From Candidatus Doudnabacteria bacterium (GTDB lineage Bacteria; Patescibacteriota; Doudnabacteria; UBA920): a DNA stretch of 64,000 nucleotides. A model generated the notes under the pieces. It did no database searches. It was not told the origin of the DNA and saw only the letters and a list, made by a program, of their open reading frames with translations. The stretch lies in contig JAEUSF010000001.1 in the NCBI GenBank assembly GCA_016788665.1, positions 129,137 through 193,136 on the forward strand, given 5' to 3'. The position numbers and the translations under genes were made by a program. Position 1 is the first letter of the stretch, and every line of letters begins with the position of its first letter. This document shows positions 19,873 through 29,813 of this stretch, in pieces.

Positions 19873-20301
19873 ATGCACAGAAGACACAAATACGATATAT
19901 TAGTTATTTTTAGTACGCTTGCTTTGGCAGTCAGCGTATACTTGTCTGTGGCCAAAGCTATGAGCATAAGCGTGCCGTGTGATATAACCGGCGGGTGCGA
20001 GTCCGTGCTTTCTAGTAAGTATTCAGAAATTATGGGTGTGCCTTTGTCTACTGTGGGTATAGTTTATTTTTCACTAATTTTGGTTACGGCTTTGCTGGCT
20101 AACCATTACAGAAAAGCACAAAAAGCCCTGACTTGGTTTTTAGCTGCCGGATCTTTGGGTTCTTTGGTATTTTTATTTTTACAATTTTTTGTTATACGAG
20201 CGGTTTGCCAGTATTGCCTTTTAACTGACTTAACCACAATTCTTATGTTTATACTGGATATAAACATAGAACATAAAGCGCACAGCCTAAATGTGCTATA
20301 A
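19873..20301 (+). CDS. VKOR-family (vitamin K epoxide reductase-like) thiol-disulfide oxidoreductase
   Basis: loop Cys pair PCDITGGC, SKYSEIMGVPLSTVG motif, active-site CQYC in last TM. Confidence 0.55.
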   Translation: MHRRHKYDILVIFSTLALAVSVYLSVAKAMSISVPCDITGGCESVLSSKYSEIMGVPLSTVGIVYFSLILVTALLANHYRKAQKALTWFLAAGSLGSLVFLFLQFFVIRAVCQYCLLTDLTTILMFILDINIEHKAHSLNVL

Positions 20302-20339
20302 TATCTTTAGAGCATATAAATAAAATAAAAAATAAAATT

Positions 20340-20522
20340 ATGCCAAAAAATAATCAACCTTCAGAAGAATATAACCCACGTTGGTTTGTGTGGACCGTTG
20401 TCTTTCTGGTGGTAACCGGTGTTTCTTTGGTGGCCTTTATAACCTTGAGCGACTCAGGGTCCGATGGCTACCAAGAAGTAACAATCGGCCGGTCTGTCCG
20501 GTCATCGGGTATGAGCAGATAA
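20340..20522 (+). CDS. small hypothetical membrane protein
   Basis: 60 aa, one TM; weak. Confidence 0.25.
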   Translation: MPKNNQPSEEYNPRWFVWTVVFLVVTGVSLVAFITLSDSGSDGYQEVTIGRSVRSSGMSR

Positions 20523-20529
20523 ATAAAAA

Positions 20530-20561
20530 TTCCGCATAGCAATAGAGCTTGCGGATTTTTT
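20530..20561 (+). terminator. rho-independent terminator
   Basis: tccgca/tgcgga stem plus 6 T. Confidence 0.5.
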
Positions 20562-20672
20562 ATTTTTGTGCTATAATAGTTATAGAAGATTGCGAGCGGA
20601 GCCAAAATTAGTTCCGATCTGCAAACTACAAAATATCCTAAAAAAGGGTATAGAAACAAAAACAAAATTTAA

Positions 20673-21983
20673 ATGGAATTCGTATTAAGTTTTTTTGGTT
20701 TGCCTCATGATTTCGGCCAAAAAGCGGACAACGCTTTGGTCCGGACTTTTTTGCATATAAAGGATCATTTTATTCCTCATCATAGGAATAATTACCATCC
20801 TCATGTTTTAGGCCACAGGACTTTGGCTTTGTTTTCTTCTTTGCTTATAGCGGTAAAAATATTTTCCATTGGGGCGGTAACGTTCGGGACGGTAGAGCCG
20901 GTTTTTTCTTCGGCAATTACTGAAAGCAATATTATTTCTTTGACCAACGCCTCAAGGGCGAGTTACAATTTGTCCTCTTTAAGTCTAAACAGCAAGCTGT
21001 CCCAAGCGGCTCAAGCAAAAGCAGAAGACATGCTGCTTAAAGGTTACTTTTCTCATAACACTCCAGACGGAAAAACTCCCTGGGACTTTGTGGTTGCCGC
21101 CAATTATAATTATTTAACAGCAGGAGAGAATTTGGCGGTGAATTTTACCGAAGCCGAAGATGTAGAAGATGCCTGGATGAATAGTCCGGGGCACAAAGCA
21201 AATATTTTAAATAAAAATTTTGAAGAAATAGGTATTGGTATAGCACAGGGAGTGTACCAGGGTAAGAACGCGGTATTCGTTGTGCAAATGTTTGGTACGG
21301 AGTCTGCTCAACAGGTGGCATTAAGCGAAGCTCCTACAGCAGTTGCGCCTCCGGCTTTGGCAAATGTTGAGCCTGTAAAAGTGAGCGAGCCTGTCAAAGA
21401 AGTGGTAAAAGAAATTTCTCCGGTACAGGTGCAAGCAAATAAAGAAAGTGTAAAAGTTGTCGAAACGACCGACGTGGCTCAGGCAAAAGAAATGCAAATA
21501 TCTCAAACCAACTTTTTGCAGGAAGGACAAATTTTAAAACTCACAGCGGAAATTTTAGGTGACCCGGTAAAAGTGTTGGCTAAGTTTGGTAAGGCGGCGG
21601 TGCTACTGAGCGCAAGGTCAGACGGTTCATGGGTTGGTGAAATAAAACTTTCTAACCTTACTGGAGCTGGGTCAGGGCTTGTGCTGGAAGCTTATGATAT
21701 GAGGGGTAACAAAATAAACAGCCAGGTGGCAGGTTTCGCGGGCAGTACTCAAAGCAATTTTAACGTAGTGCCAAGTGAAAAGTCGGACGAAAAAAAAGTT
21801 AGTATGTTCGGAACAGCATTTTCTCCCGAAAGGTTTGAGCAAAAGTTTTATTTGATCTCCGTAGCTATACTATTAAGTTGTCTGCTCCTTGCTATAGCTA
21901 TAAAGAGGCATGTCCAGCATTTGTCCCTTATAGCCAATACTAGTTTTGTTGTAGTGCTTAGTATAGGTTTGTGGTTAAAGTAA
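20673..21983 (+). CDS. CAP/SCP (YkwD-like) domain protein with N- and C-terminal TM segments
   Basis: GENLAVNF...AWMNSPGHKANIL CAP motifs. Confidence 0.65.
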   Translation: MEFVLSFFGLPHDFGQKADNALVRTFLHIKDHFIPHHRNNYHPHVLGHRTLALFSSLLIAVKIFSIGAVTFGTVEPVFSSAITESNIISLTNASRASYNLSSLSLNSKLSQAAQAKAEDMLLKGYFSHNTPDGKTPWDFVVAANYNYLTAGENLAVNFTEAEDVEDAWMNSPGHKANILNKNFEEIGIGIAQGVYQGKNAVFVVQMFGTESAQQVALSEAPTAVAPPALANVEPVKVSEPVKEVVKEISPVQVQANKESVKVVETTDVAQAKEMQISQTNFLQEGQILKLTAEILGDPVKVLAKFGKAAVLLSARSDGSWVGEIKLSNLTGAGSGLVLEAYDMRGNKINSQVAGFAGSTQSNFNVVPSEKSDEKKVSMFGTAFSPERFEQKFYLISVAILLSCLLLAIAIKRHVQHLSLIANTSFVVVLSIGLWLK

Positions 21984-21997
21984 ATTTTTTAAACTTT

Positions 21998-22038
21998 GCT
22001 CCTTCTTTGGAATATGTTTCCAAAGAAGGAGCTTTTTT
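21998..22038 (+). terminator. rho-independent terminator
   Basis: gctccttctttgg/ccaaagaaggagc 13-bp stem plus T-run. Confidence 0.65.
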
Positions 22039-22056
22039 GTTTTGGACACGGTTTGA

Positions 22057-23220
<1,164 letters not shown>

Positions 23221-23284
23221 AAAATAAACCGTCTCCCTCACAGTAGGGAGGCGGTTTTAAAATAGTTTTGATACAATACATACG

Positions 23285-25183
23285 TTGCTATACTTTATAA
23301 ATATGACAGACAAAACAGAAGAGAAAAAATACCCAAAAGCTGGAACTAAGTGGACAAAAGCCGATGACGAAGTTTTAAAGAAAGAGTATTTGGAAAAGCC
23401 AAATATGCTTTTGTCGGAGTTTGAAAATTTTGTAGACGTTTTAACTTCTAAACTAGGCCGCGCACCAGGCGGAATTAAGGCTCGGCTCGCTATGCACTTT
23501 ACAAACGTTCCGGGCTGGGACTATACGAGGCAGGACGAGTTAGAAGAGCAAACAGCTCTAGCTATAAACGAAGAGCAGTCTCAAATATTAGTTAGTGAAT
23601 ACAAAAAATACTTGGAGCTTAAAAACGAAACTTATTTGGGTTTTATCAAACGTTTGGGGCAAATGCTGGGCGGGGTGGAAAATAAATTTTTAACTCATAG
23701 GTTAAAACAACTGATCGGCGAGATAGAAAAGTACAAGAAAGATGACGTAAGTATTTATTCTGTTTCAAAAAATGTTTTAAAAACTGAAAGCGCAGAAATT
23801 CCGGTTTTAGACTTAAGCGGTAACCGAGAGGGTTTGCAGGCTTTAGAGTTTTTAACTAACACAAGCAAAAATTTGTTTTTAACTGGTGAGGCGGGTACGG
23901 GCAAGTCGACTTTGCTAAACTATTTTCGCAAAACAACTTCCAAAAATGTGGTGGTTTTGGCGCCTACTGGGGTCGCGGCCTTAAACGTGGAAGGGCAGAC
24001 TATACATTCTTTTTGCGGCTTTGGTCCGGACATAACTTTGGCGCGGGTAAAAAAGCTTATGCCTGGTATGCCCAAATTCAAACTCCTTCAAAAGTTAGAC
24101 ACGGTAATAATAGACGAAATTTCTATGGTGCGGGCAGATTTGCTTGACTGTGTAGATAAATATTTACGTATTAACGGTCCGGTTAAAGACTTACCGTTTG
24201 GAGGTATACAAATGGTGTTTATTGGGGACTTGTATCAGTTGCCGCCGGTAGATAAAGACTTTAATCAAGGTGGAGGACTGGTTAAAATGTATAACTCTCC
24301 GTATTTTTTTGACTCCAGAGCCTTTAAAGAAGCGCGGTTTGAATATATAAATTTAAAAACTGTATATAGACAAAAGGATCAGGTTTTTAAAGACGTGCTG
24401 AATGCGGTAAGAAATAACGCCGTAAGTCATGACCATTTAGAAATTTTAAATGCGCGGGCGGAAAATGGTGATGCTAAATTTACGTTTGAAAAATTTGCCA
24501 TTTATTTAACTCCGCACAATATGCGGGCCAGGCAGGTAAATAATTTTTTCTTGGAAAGATTGCCCAGCGAACTAAAAGTTTACCAAGGCGAGGTGGATGG
24601 AAGTTTTGAAGACAGGGAACTGCCGACAGATTTGAACCTGCAGCTCAAAGTCGGTGTCCAGGTTATGATGTTAAACAACGACCAAAGAAAGCGCTGGGTT
24701 AACGGCACAATGGGGAAAATAAAAGCAGTGGTAAAAGAAGACGAAAGCGAACCGGAAGAGAACGAAAACATATATTTACCAGAGGACGAGTTTTTTATCC
24801 CAGAAAAATCTAGTAATTCCGACAGTGTAGTTATAGAGCTGGAAACTGGCGAGACGGTGTATGTAAAACCCCATACCTGGGAAATGTTTAAATTCGTTTT
24901 AGACTCGCAAACGCAAAAAATAGACAGCAGAACCACTGGGACTTTTACGCAGTATCCTTTTAAGCTTGCTTGGGCTGTAACCATACACAAAGCCCAAGGC
25001 AAAACTTTTGACAAGGTTTATGTGGACTTAAGTTCGGGCACTTTTGCTCACGGGCAGCTTTACGTAGCGCTTTCCCGTTGCCGAACACTAGAAGGTTTGT
25101 ACTTAAAGCGGCCTATAGTTCCGAGTGACATAATTTTAGACCAAAGAGTCGTGGAGTTTTTAAAGAATTTTGAAAAAAATTAA
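23285..25183 (+). CDS. PIF1/RecD-like SF1 DNA helicase with about 170-aa N-terminal extension
   Basis: Walker A GEAGTGKST, VLAPTGVAA, Walker B IIDEISMV, C-terminal VTIHKAQGKTFD; alternative start at 23303. Confidence 0.7.
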   Translation: MLYFINMTDKTEEKKYPKAGTKWTKADDEVLKKEYLEKPNMLLSEFENFVDVLTSKLGRAPGGIKARLAMHFTNVPGWDYTRQDELEEQTALAINEEQSQILVSEYKKYLELKNETYLGFIKRLGQMLGGVENKFLTHRLKQLIGEIEKYKKDDVSIYSVSKNVLKTESAEIPVLDLSGNREGLQALEFLTNTSKNLFLTGEAGTGKSTLLNYFRKTTSKNVVVLAPTGVAALNVEGQTIHSFCGFGPDITLARVKKLMPGMPKFKLLQKLDTVIIDEISMVRADLLDCVDKYLRINGPVKDLPFGGIQMVFIGDLYQLPPVDKDFNQGGGLVKMYNSPYFFDSRAFKEARFEYINLKTVYRQKDQVFKDVLNAVRNNAVSHDHLEILNARAENGDAKFTFEKFAIYLTPHNMRARQVNNFFLERLPSELKVYQGEVDGSFEDRELPTDLNLQLKVGVQVMMLNNDQRKRWVNGTMGKIKAVVKEDESEPEENENIYLPEDEFFIPEKSSNSDSVVIELETGETVYVKPHTWEMFKFVLDSQTQKIDSRTTGTFTQYPFKLAWAVTIHKAQGKTFDKVYVDLSSGTFAHGQLYVALSRCRTLEGLYLKRPIVPSDIILDQRVVEFLKNFEKN

Positions 25184-25239
25184 AATAAAAAAATAAGCCT
25201 ACAAAAAGCGTTTAAGCTTTTGGTAGGCTTTTGGGGTAG

Positions 25240-25485
25240 TTAAGGTCTGCGCCCCTGAGTCAGGAATGACTGAAGTTCTCGTCTACGCTTTGCTCTTTCG
25301 GTTAAAGCGGCGAAAACAGGATCGCTTTCGGACGGGGTCGGGATTTCCGCAACTCCAAACTCCTTAATCGCCGCATCTCCTGGTATGAGTAGTTCGCCGC
25401 CAAAGCTTGGCGTCGCGTCGCCTAAAATGGTGGCCTTCTGGATTGTTTTTGCCAGATTGGCCCCGACAACGTCCAGAAAATTCAT
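25240..25485 (-). CDS. hypothetical small protein (GC-rich)
   Basis: 81 aa, strong SD aaggagagg before ATG; divergent from methyltransferase gene. Confidence 0.4.
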   Translation of the reverse strand: MNFLDVVGANLAKTIQKATILGDATPSFGGELLIPGDAAIKEFGVAEIPTPSESDPVFAALTERAKRRRELQSFLTQGRRP

Positions 25486-25640
25486 GATCCTCTCCTTAAT
25501 GAACGGGTGAAAAAACTAGTGTAAATTATACAACATTTCGGTCCCCTTGAAAAGGGTTTGAATATAGGGAGAAATTGATAAAGAGTATGGGGAGGTATAT
25601 ACTAAAAAAGACGTAACATCCGTAAAATAATAATCTTTAA

Positions 25641-26837
25641 ATGGCAAATAGTAATCTTACAAACGCGAAAAAAGCAAAGAATGATGAATTTTATACCCAG
25701 TACTCTGACATCCAAAAAGAGATTGAGGCGTATTTAGATTATGATAAAAATGTTTTTAGAGGTAAGGTTGTTTATTGTAATTGTGATGACCCTTACGAAA
25801 GTAATTTTTTTCGCTATTTTGTTTTAAACTTTAATAAACTTGGACTTAAACGTCTTATAACAACCAGTTACAAACCCTCGCCGGTTGCTAATACCCAGCT
25901 AGCGCTTTTTGGGGACAATAAAACTTTAACAAAAGCAAAAGGCCGGCCAAAAGTTACTGCCAACAAGTTTATTATCAACGAAGTAAAAGATATAGATGGC
26001 GACGGTGAATTTAATTTAAAAGACATTTCCCAGCAACTTAAAGCAAATAAAAGTAACGAATGGACACCCTTGCAAGGCGACGGCGATTTCCGAAGTGAGG
26101 AATCTATAGAATTGCTTAAACAAGCAGATATTGTTGTAACAAATCCGCCGTTTAGTCTCTTTCGTGAATATATAAAGCAACTCGTTGATTACGGGAAGAA
26201 ATTTTTAATTATTGGCAATTTAAACGCAATAACTTATAAGGAAGTATTTCCCTTACTAAAAGAAAATAAAGTTTGGTTAGGCAACAATTACAAAGTTAAT
26301 GGTGGTGCGATGTTTTATGAGATACCTGAAAGAATCGCTAATTTGGAACAAGTCCGTGAGGTTAAAACAAGTGAAAGTGGTCAAAAAGTTTATATAACGA
26401 GAGTGCAAGGTGTTCGCTGGTTTACAAATCTTGATCATGGTCGTCGTCATGAACCGTTACCTTTAATGACCAAGAAAGAAATTATTAAATTTGTGACGAA
26501 AAAATCATTCATTCAATATGATAATTATGACGCTATAGAAGTTACTTTGGTGAAAAATATTCCAAACGATTACGATGGTGTAATCGGAGTGCCGATTAGT
26601 ATAATGGATAAGTACAGCCCAGAACAGTTTGAAATTTTAGGTACAAGTGATAATGGTATTATCAGTGATAAATACAAGAAAACACCAGGTTTAACAAAAA
26701 AATTTGTCGCTGATTATTATAAAGCGGGTGGTACTGGAGCGTATAAGGAAGGTAATCCAACGGCTGGTTACTACGAAGATGGTATTGCAAAAATGGCGTA
26801 TAAAAGAATTTTTATTAGACATAAGAAAAACAAATGA
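25641..26837 (+). CDS. N6-adenine DNA methyltransferase, M.EcoRI family
   Basis: N-terminus DEFYTQYSDIQKEI..VVYCNCDDP and motif IV NPPF as in M.EcoRI-like enzymes. Confidence 0.8.
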   Translation: MANSNLTNAKKAKNDEFYTQYSDIQKEIEAYLDYDKNVFRGKVVYCNCDDPYESNFFRYFVLNFNKLGLKRLITTSYKPSPVANTQLALFGDNKTLTKAKGRPKVTANKFIINEVKDIDGDGEFNLKDISQQLKANKSNEWTPLQGDGDFRSEESIELLKQADIVVTNPPFSLFREYIKQLVDYGKKFLIIGNLNAITYKEVFPLLKENKVWLGNNYKVNGGAMFYEIPERIANLEQVREVKTSESGQKVYITRVQGVRWFTNLDHGRRHEPLPLMTKKEIIKFVTKKSFIQYDNYDAIEVTLVKNIPNDYDGVIGVPISIMDKYSPEQFEILGTSDNGIISDKYKKTPGLTKKFVADYYKAGGTGAYKEGNPTAGYYEDGIAKMAYKRIFIRHKKNK

Positions 26838-27292
26838 ATTTAGAAAAGCTCAGATCAAAAAAAGCGGTTGCCGACGGGATTTATAATCTAGAAGTTAAAT
26901 GTGAATATATTCACCCACAATATTTATTCGAGTATAAAAATAATAATGAAATTTTCAGAAATGGTTTGCTTTCAATTTTTTATTTAAAACCAAAAGTTAA
27001 CAATCTTTATTCCTTCATCGGAAGGTGGGATAATAACAAACAAGTTTTAGATATAGATATTTTAGAAGCGAATGGAAGGGATTTATTTAAGTCAGAAAAA
27101 GATGGTTATAAAGGGCATCACCCAAAAAGATTAGACAAAGATAAAAGAACTTATGAGATTGAGATCTGCTACCCTGTAGTAGGCTTAATTTACAAAGGAC
27201 TAATATCTTTTAACGTAAATTTTGGTAAACAGCTTAATGAAAGTTTTAATATTCAAGATAAAATTAAGTATTGTCTGTCAAAAATATTATGA
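26834..27292 (+). CDS. hypothetical protein translationally coupled between methyltransferase and nuclease
   Basis: ATGA overlaps at both ends; 152 aa, no recognisable domain. Confidence 0.5.
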   Translation: MNLEKLRSKKAVADGIYNLEVKCEYIHPQYLFEYKNNNEIFRNGLLSIFYLKPKVNNLYSFIGRWDNNKQVLDIDILEANGRDLFKSEKDGYKGHHPKRLDKDKRTYEIEICYPVVGLIYKGLISFNVNFGKQLNESFNIQDKIKYCLSKIL

Positions 27293-28458
27293 ACACAACC
27301 TTAAAAACTAACATTACTGTAAAAGAAATTTGCGAGGGGTTTGAGTATAATGAGCTTGAGGGCAAGGGGCTTTTTGGGTTGGGTGGGAAGTTGACTATTC
27401 AGCCGGAATATCAGCGCAACTATATTTATGCTTCCGACGGCGGTAAAAGAGAGCAGGCGGTTATCGAATCTATTTTAAAAGGTTATCCCATTGGACTTAT
27501 ATATTTTAATAGAGTTAGCGAAAAGAATTTGGAAGTTCTGGACGGACAGCAGCGTATAACTAGTATTGGCCGTTTTATAACCGACAAATTTGCCATAAAG
27601 GACGAAAACGGATTGCCGCAAAATTTTAGCGGAATGGCAAAAGACAAGAAAACTAAAATTTTGGAAACTAAACTTTTAATATATGAATGCGAAGGTACGG
27701 AGACGGAAATAAAAGAATGGTTCAAAACCATAAATATTGCCGGCGTGCCTTTAAACAATCAAGAACTTTTAAATGCCGTATATTCGGGTCCTTTTGTAAC
27801 TTTGGCAAAGGAAGAATTTAGCAATAGCCAAAATTCAAATATTCAAAAATGGAGCGCGTACATAAAAGGCAGTGCAAATAGGCAGGACTTTTTGGAACGC
27901 GCGTTAGAGTGGGTAAGCAAAGGCGATATCGGCGCTTATATGACTAAGCATAGATACGACAAAAATATTACGGAACTTAAGAAGTATTTTAATATTGTAA
28001 TAGACTGGGTTTCGAAAGTTTTTACGGACGTGGAAGACGAAATGCAGGGCTTAGAGTGGGGAAGGCTTTATGCGCAGCACCATGAAAGAGCTTATAACCC
28101 AAAAAAAGTTTCTGAAGCGGTGCAAAAACTTTATGCTGACCCGTATGTTAAAAACCGCAAAGGGATTTTTGAATATGTTTTAGGGGGCTCAAACGACACA
28201 AAATTGCTAGATGTAAGAATTTTCGACGACGCGACTAAAAAGGTTATTTACAAAGAACAAACCGCTAAGGCAGAAAAGAAAAATGAGTCTAACTGTCCGC
28301 ATTGCGCCCTAGGGCATGATGTTAATAAAGCTAAAATTTGGAAATTAGAAGAAATGGATGCGGATCATGTGGCGGCTTGGAGCAAGGGTGGGGCCACGAC
28401 AGCTAAAAATTGCCAAATGCTTTGCAAGACGCACAATAGGGCAAAGGGTAATAGATAG
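27289..28458 (+). CDS. DUF262 (ParB/GmrS-like NTPase) fused to C-terminal HNH endonuclease
   Basis: [10 protein letters not shown] and DGQQRITSI motifs; C-terminal CPHC...DHV..WSKGG...[14 protein letters not shown] motif. Confidence 0.75.
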   Translation: MNTTLKTNITVKEICEGFEYNELEGKGLFGLGGKLTIQPEYQRNYIYASDGGKREQAVIESILKGYPIGLIYFNRVSEKNLEVLDGQQRITSIGRFITDKFAIKDENGLPQNFSGMAKDKKTKILETKLLIYECEGTETEIKEWFKTINIAGVPLNNQELLNAVYSGPFVTLAKEEFSNSQNSNIQKWSAYIKGSANRQDFLERALEWVSKGDIGAYMTKHRYDKNITELKKYFNIVIDWVSKVFTDVEDEMQGLEWGRLYAQHHERAYNPKKVSEAVQKLYADPYVKNRKGIFEYVLGGSNDTKLLDVRIFDDATKKVIYKEQTAKAEKKNESNCPHCALGHDVNKAKIWKLEEMDADHVAAWSKGGATTAKNCQMLCKTHNRAKGNR

Positions 28459-28544
28459 CATATATTTAAAAGACAATCTAAGTTTAGGAATTACTTGCGG
28501 ATAATAACATTGACATAGAGTGTTCTTTCGTTTACCATAAATTT

Positions 28545-29192
28545 ATGGATTTTTCTGAACTGAAACTAAACAAATTGGGAATAGATAGATCTAAATTTGG
28601 GAGAATTTTTAGTTTTATTGACTATGGTAATGTAAATTATTGGTTTAGGCAAGACAGAAAGGACAAAGACGAAAAAGACTTACAGCTAAATCAAAATTTA
28701 ATTATTGACATAGAAAAACTAGCCGACTTTTTAAATTTATTTTCTAGTCAAAAAAGATTTTATTATGGGTTCAATAATCGAAAACAGCAGTCTTGGCACT
28801 TACCTATTAAAGCGGCAAAATGTGGTTTTATAAAAATTACTAAACCTATTCAATTTATAAAGCATTATTTGAGCGAAGCCGAGTTAAAAGAAATAGAAAA
28901 ACCAGAATTACTAAATCAAGACCTTGGGGGTAAGTTTGTTGAAATTCCGAAAAGCAATTTTGATGTTGAAATAAGTGTGGATGCTATACGGCTTATAGAA
29001 AGTTACGATACTTTATTTTTAATGTCAGGGGATAGTGACTTTGCAGTTTTAGTTAAACATCTAAAGCGCAAAGGAAAGAAAGTAATTATTGCTGCGTCTG
29101 GTAAGGTATTTCATTCGTTAAGAGAGCAGGCTGATTTATATATTAATGCCCAACAAATAAAGGCTTATATTACCTCCGTAAAGACTTATTAA
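28545..29192 (+). CDS. NYN/LabA-like (PIN-fold) domain protein
   Basis: IDYGNVNYW and LFLMSGDSDF..LVKHLKRKGKKV motifs. Confidence 0.6.
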   Translation: MDFSELKLNKLGIDRSKFGRIFSFIDYGNVNYWFRQDRKDKDEKDLQLNQNLIIDIEKLADFLNLFSSQKRFYYGFNNRKQQSWHLPIKAAKCGFIKITKPIQFIKHYLSEAELKEIEKPELLNQDLGGKFVEIPKSNFDVEISVDAIRLIESYDTLFLMSGDSDFAVLVKHLKRKGKKVIIAASGKVFHSLREQADLYINAQQIKAYITSVKTY

Positions 29193-29268
29193 AAATATAA
29201 ATTAGAAAACCTCGCTTGTTACGGCGAGGTTTGGATATCGGATCCCGCTCCGCGGGACAGGGTAGCTT

Positions 29269-29775
29269 TTGCTACAAGATAATTATACTACATTTTTTAA
29301 AGTTTTTTGTCAACTTGCTTGGAGTTTTTCCACAGGTAACAAAACTTATTTTAAACCTATGGAAAATTTGTCATTTACAATGGCTGATGTACAATATTTG
29401 CTGTTTATAATACCTGGTTTCATTGTGGTGTGGAGCTATAGGTTCTTTTCTAAACATAAAAGTAATATAGGTGAATTTGAATATGCGGGGTTGAGTTTTA
29501 TTTGGGGATTGTTGCTGGTAGCATCTGGTGGGTTCTTTCTTAATAAGCTTTTTCCTGGTTACTATCAAAGTATAATTAAAAATATATATGCTACCAACAT
29601 CACCTTTTGTTTTTTAGGATTAGTATGCGGTTGGATAGGAGGCTTTGTAAAAGAATGGAGGTGGTGGAATGAGTTAATTAGCTTCATCAAACCAGAAAAT
29701 TATATACCTATTAAAAAATATTATTTCCTTGTATTTTTTATTGGATTATTGATTTACATATTGATTTGGAAATAA
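29269..29775 (+). CDS. hypothetical membrane protein
   Basis: 4 TM; probable start at MENLSF (29359). Confidence 0.35.
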   Translation: MLQDNYTTFFKVFCQLAWSFSTGNKTYFKPMENLSFTMADVQYLLFIIPGFIVVWSYRFFSKHKSNIGEFEYAGLSFIWGLLLVASGGFFLNKLFPGYYQSIIKNIYATNITFCFLGLVCGWIGGFVKEWRWWNELISFIKPENYIPIKKYYFLVFFIGLLIYILIWK

Positions 29776-29806
29776 AAACCACATACATACTTATGTGGTT
29801 TTTATT
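29775..29806. terminator. bidirectional terminator
   Basis: aaaaaccacata/atgtggttttt between convergent genes. Confidence 0.6.
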
Positions 29807-29813
29807 TAGGGTT

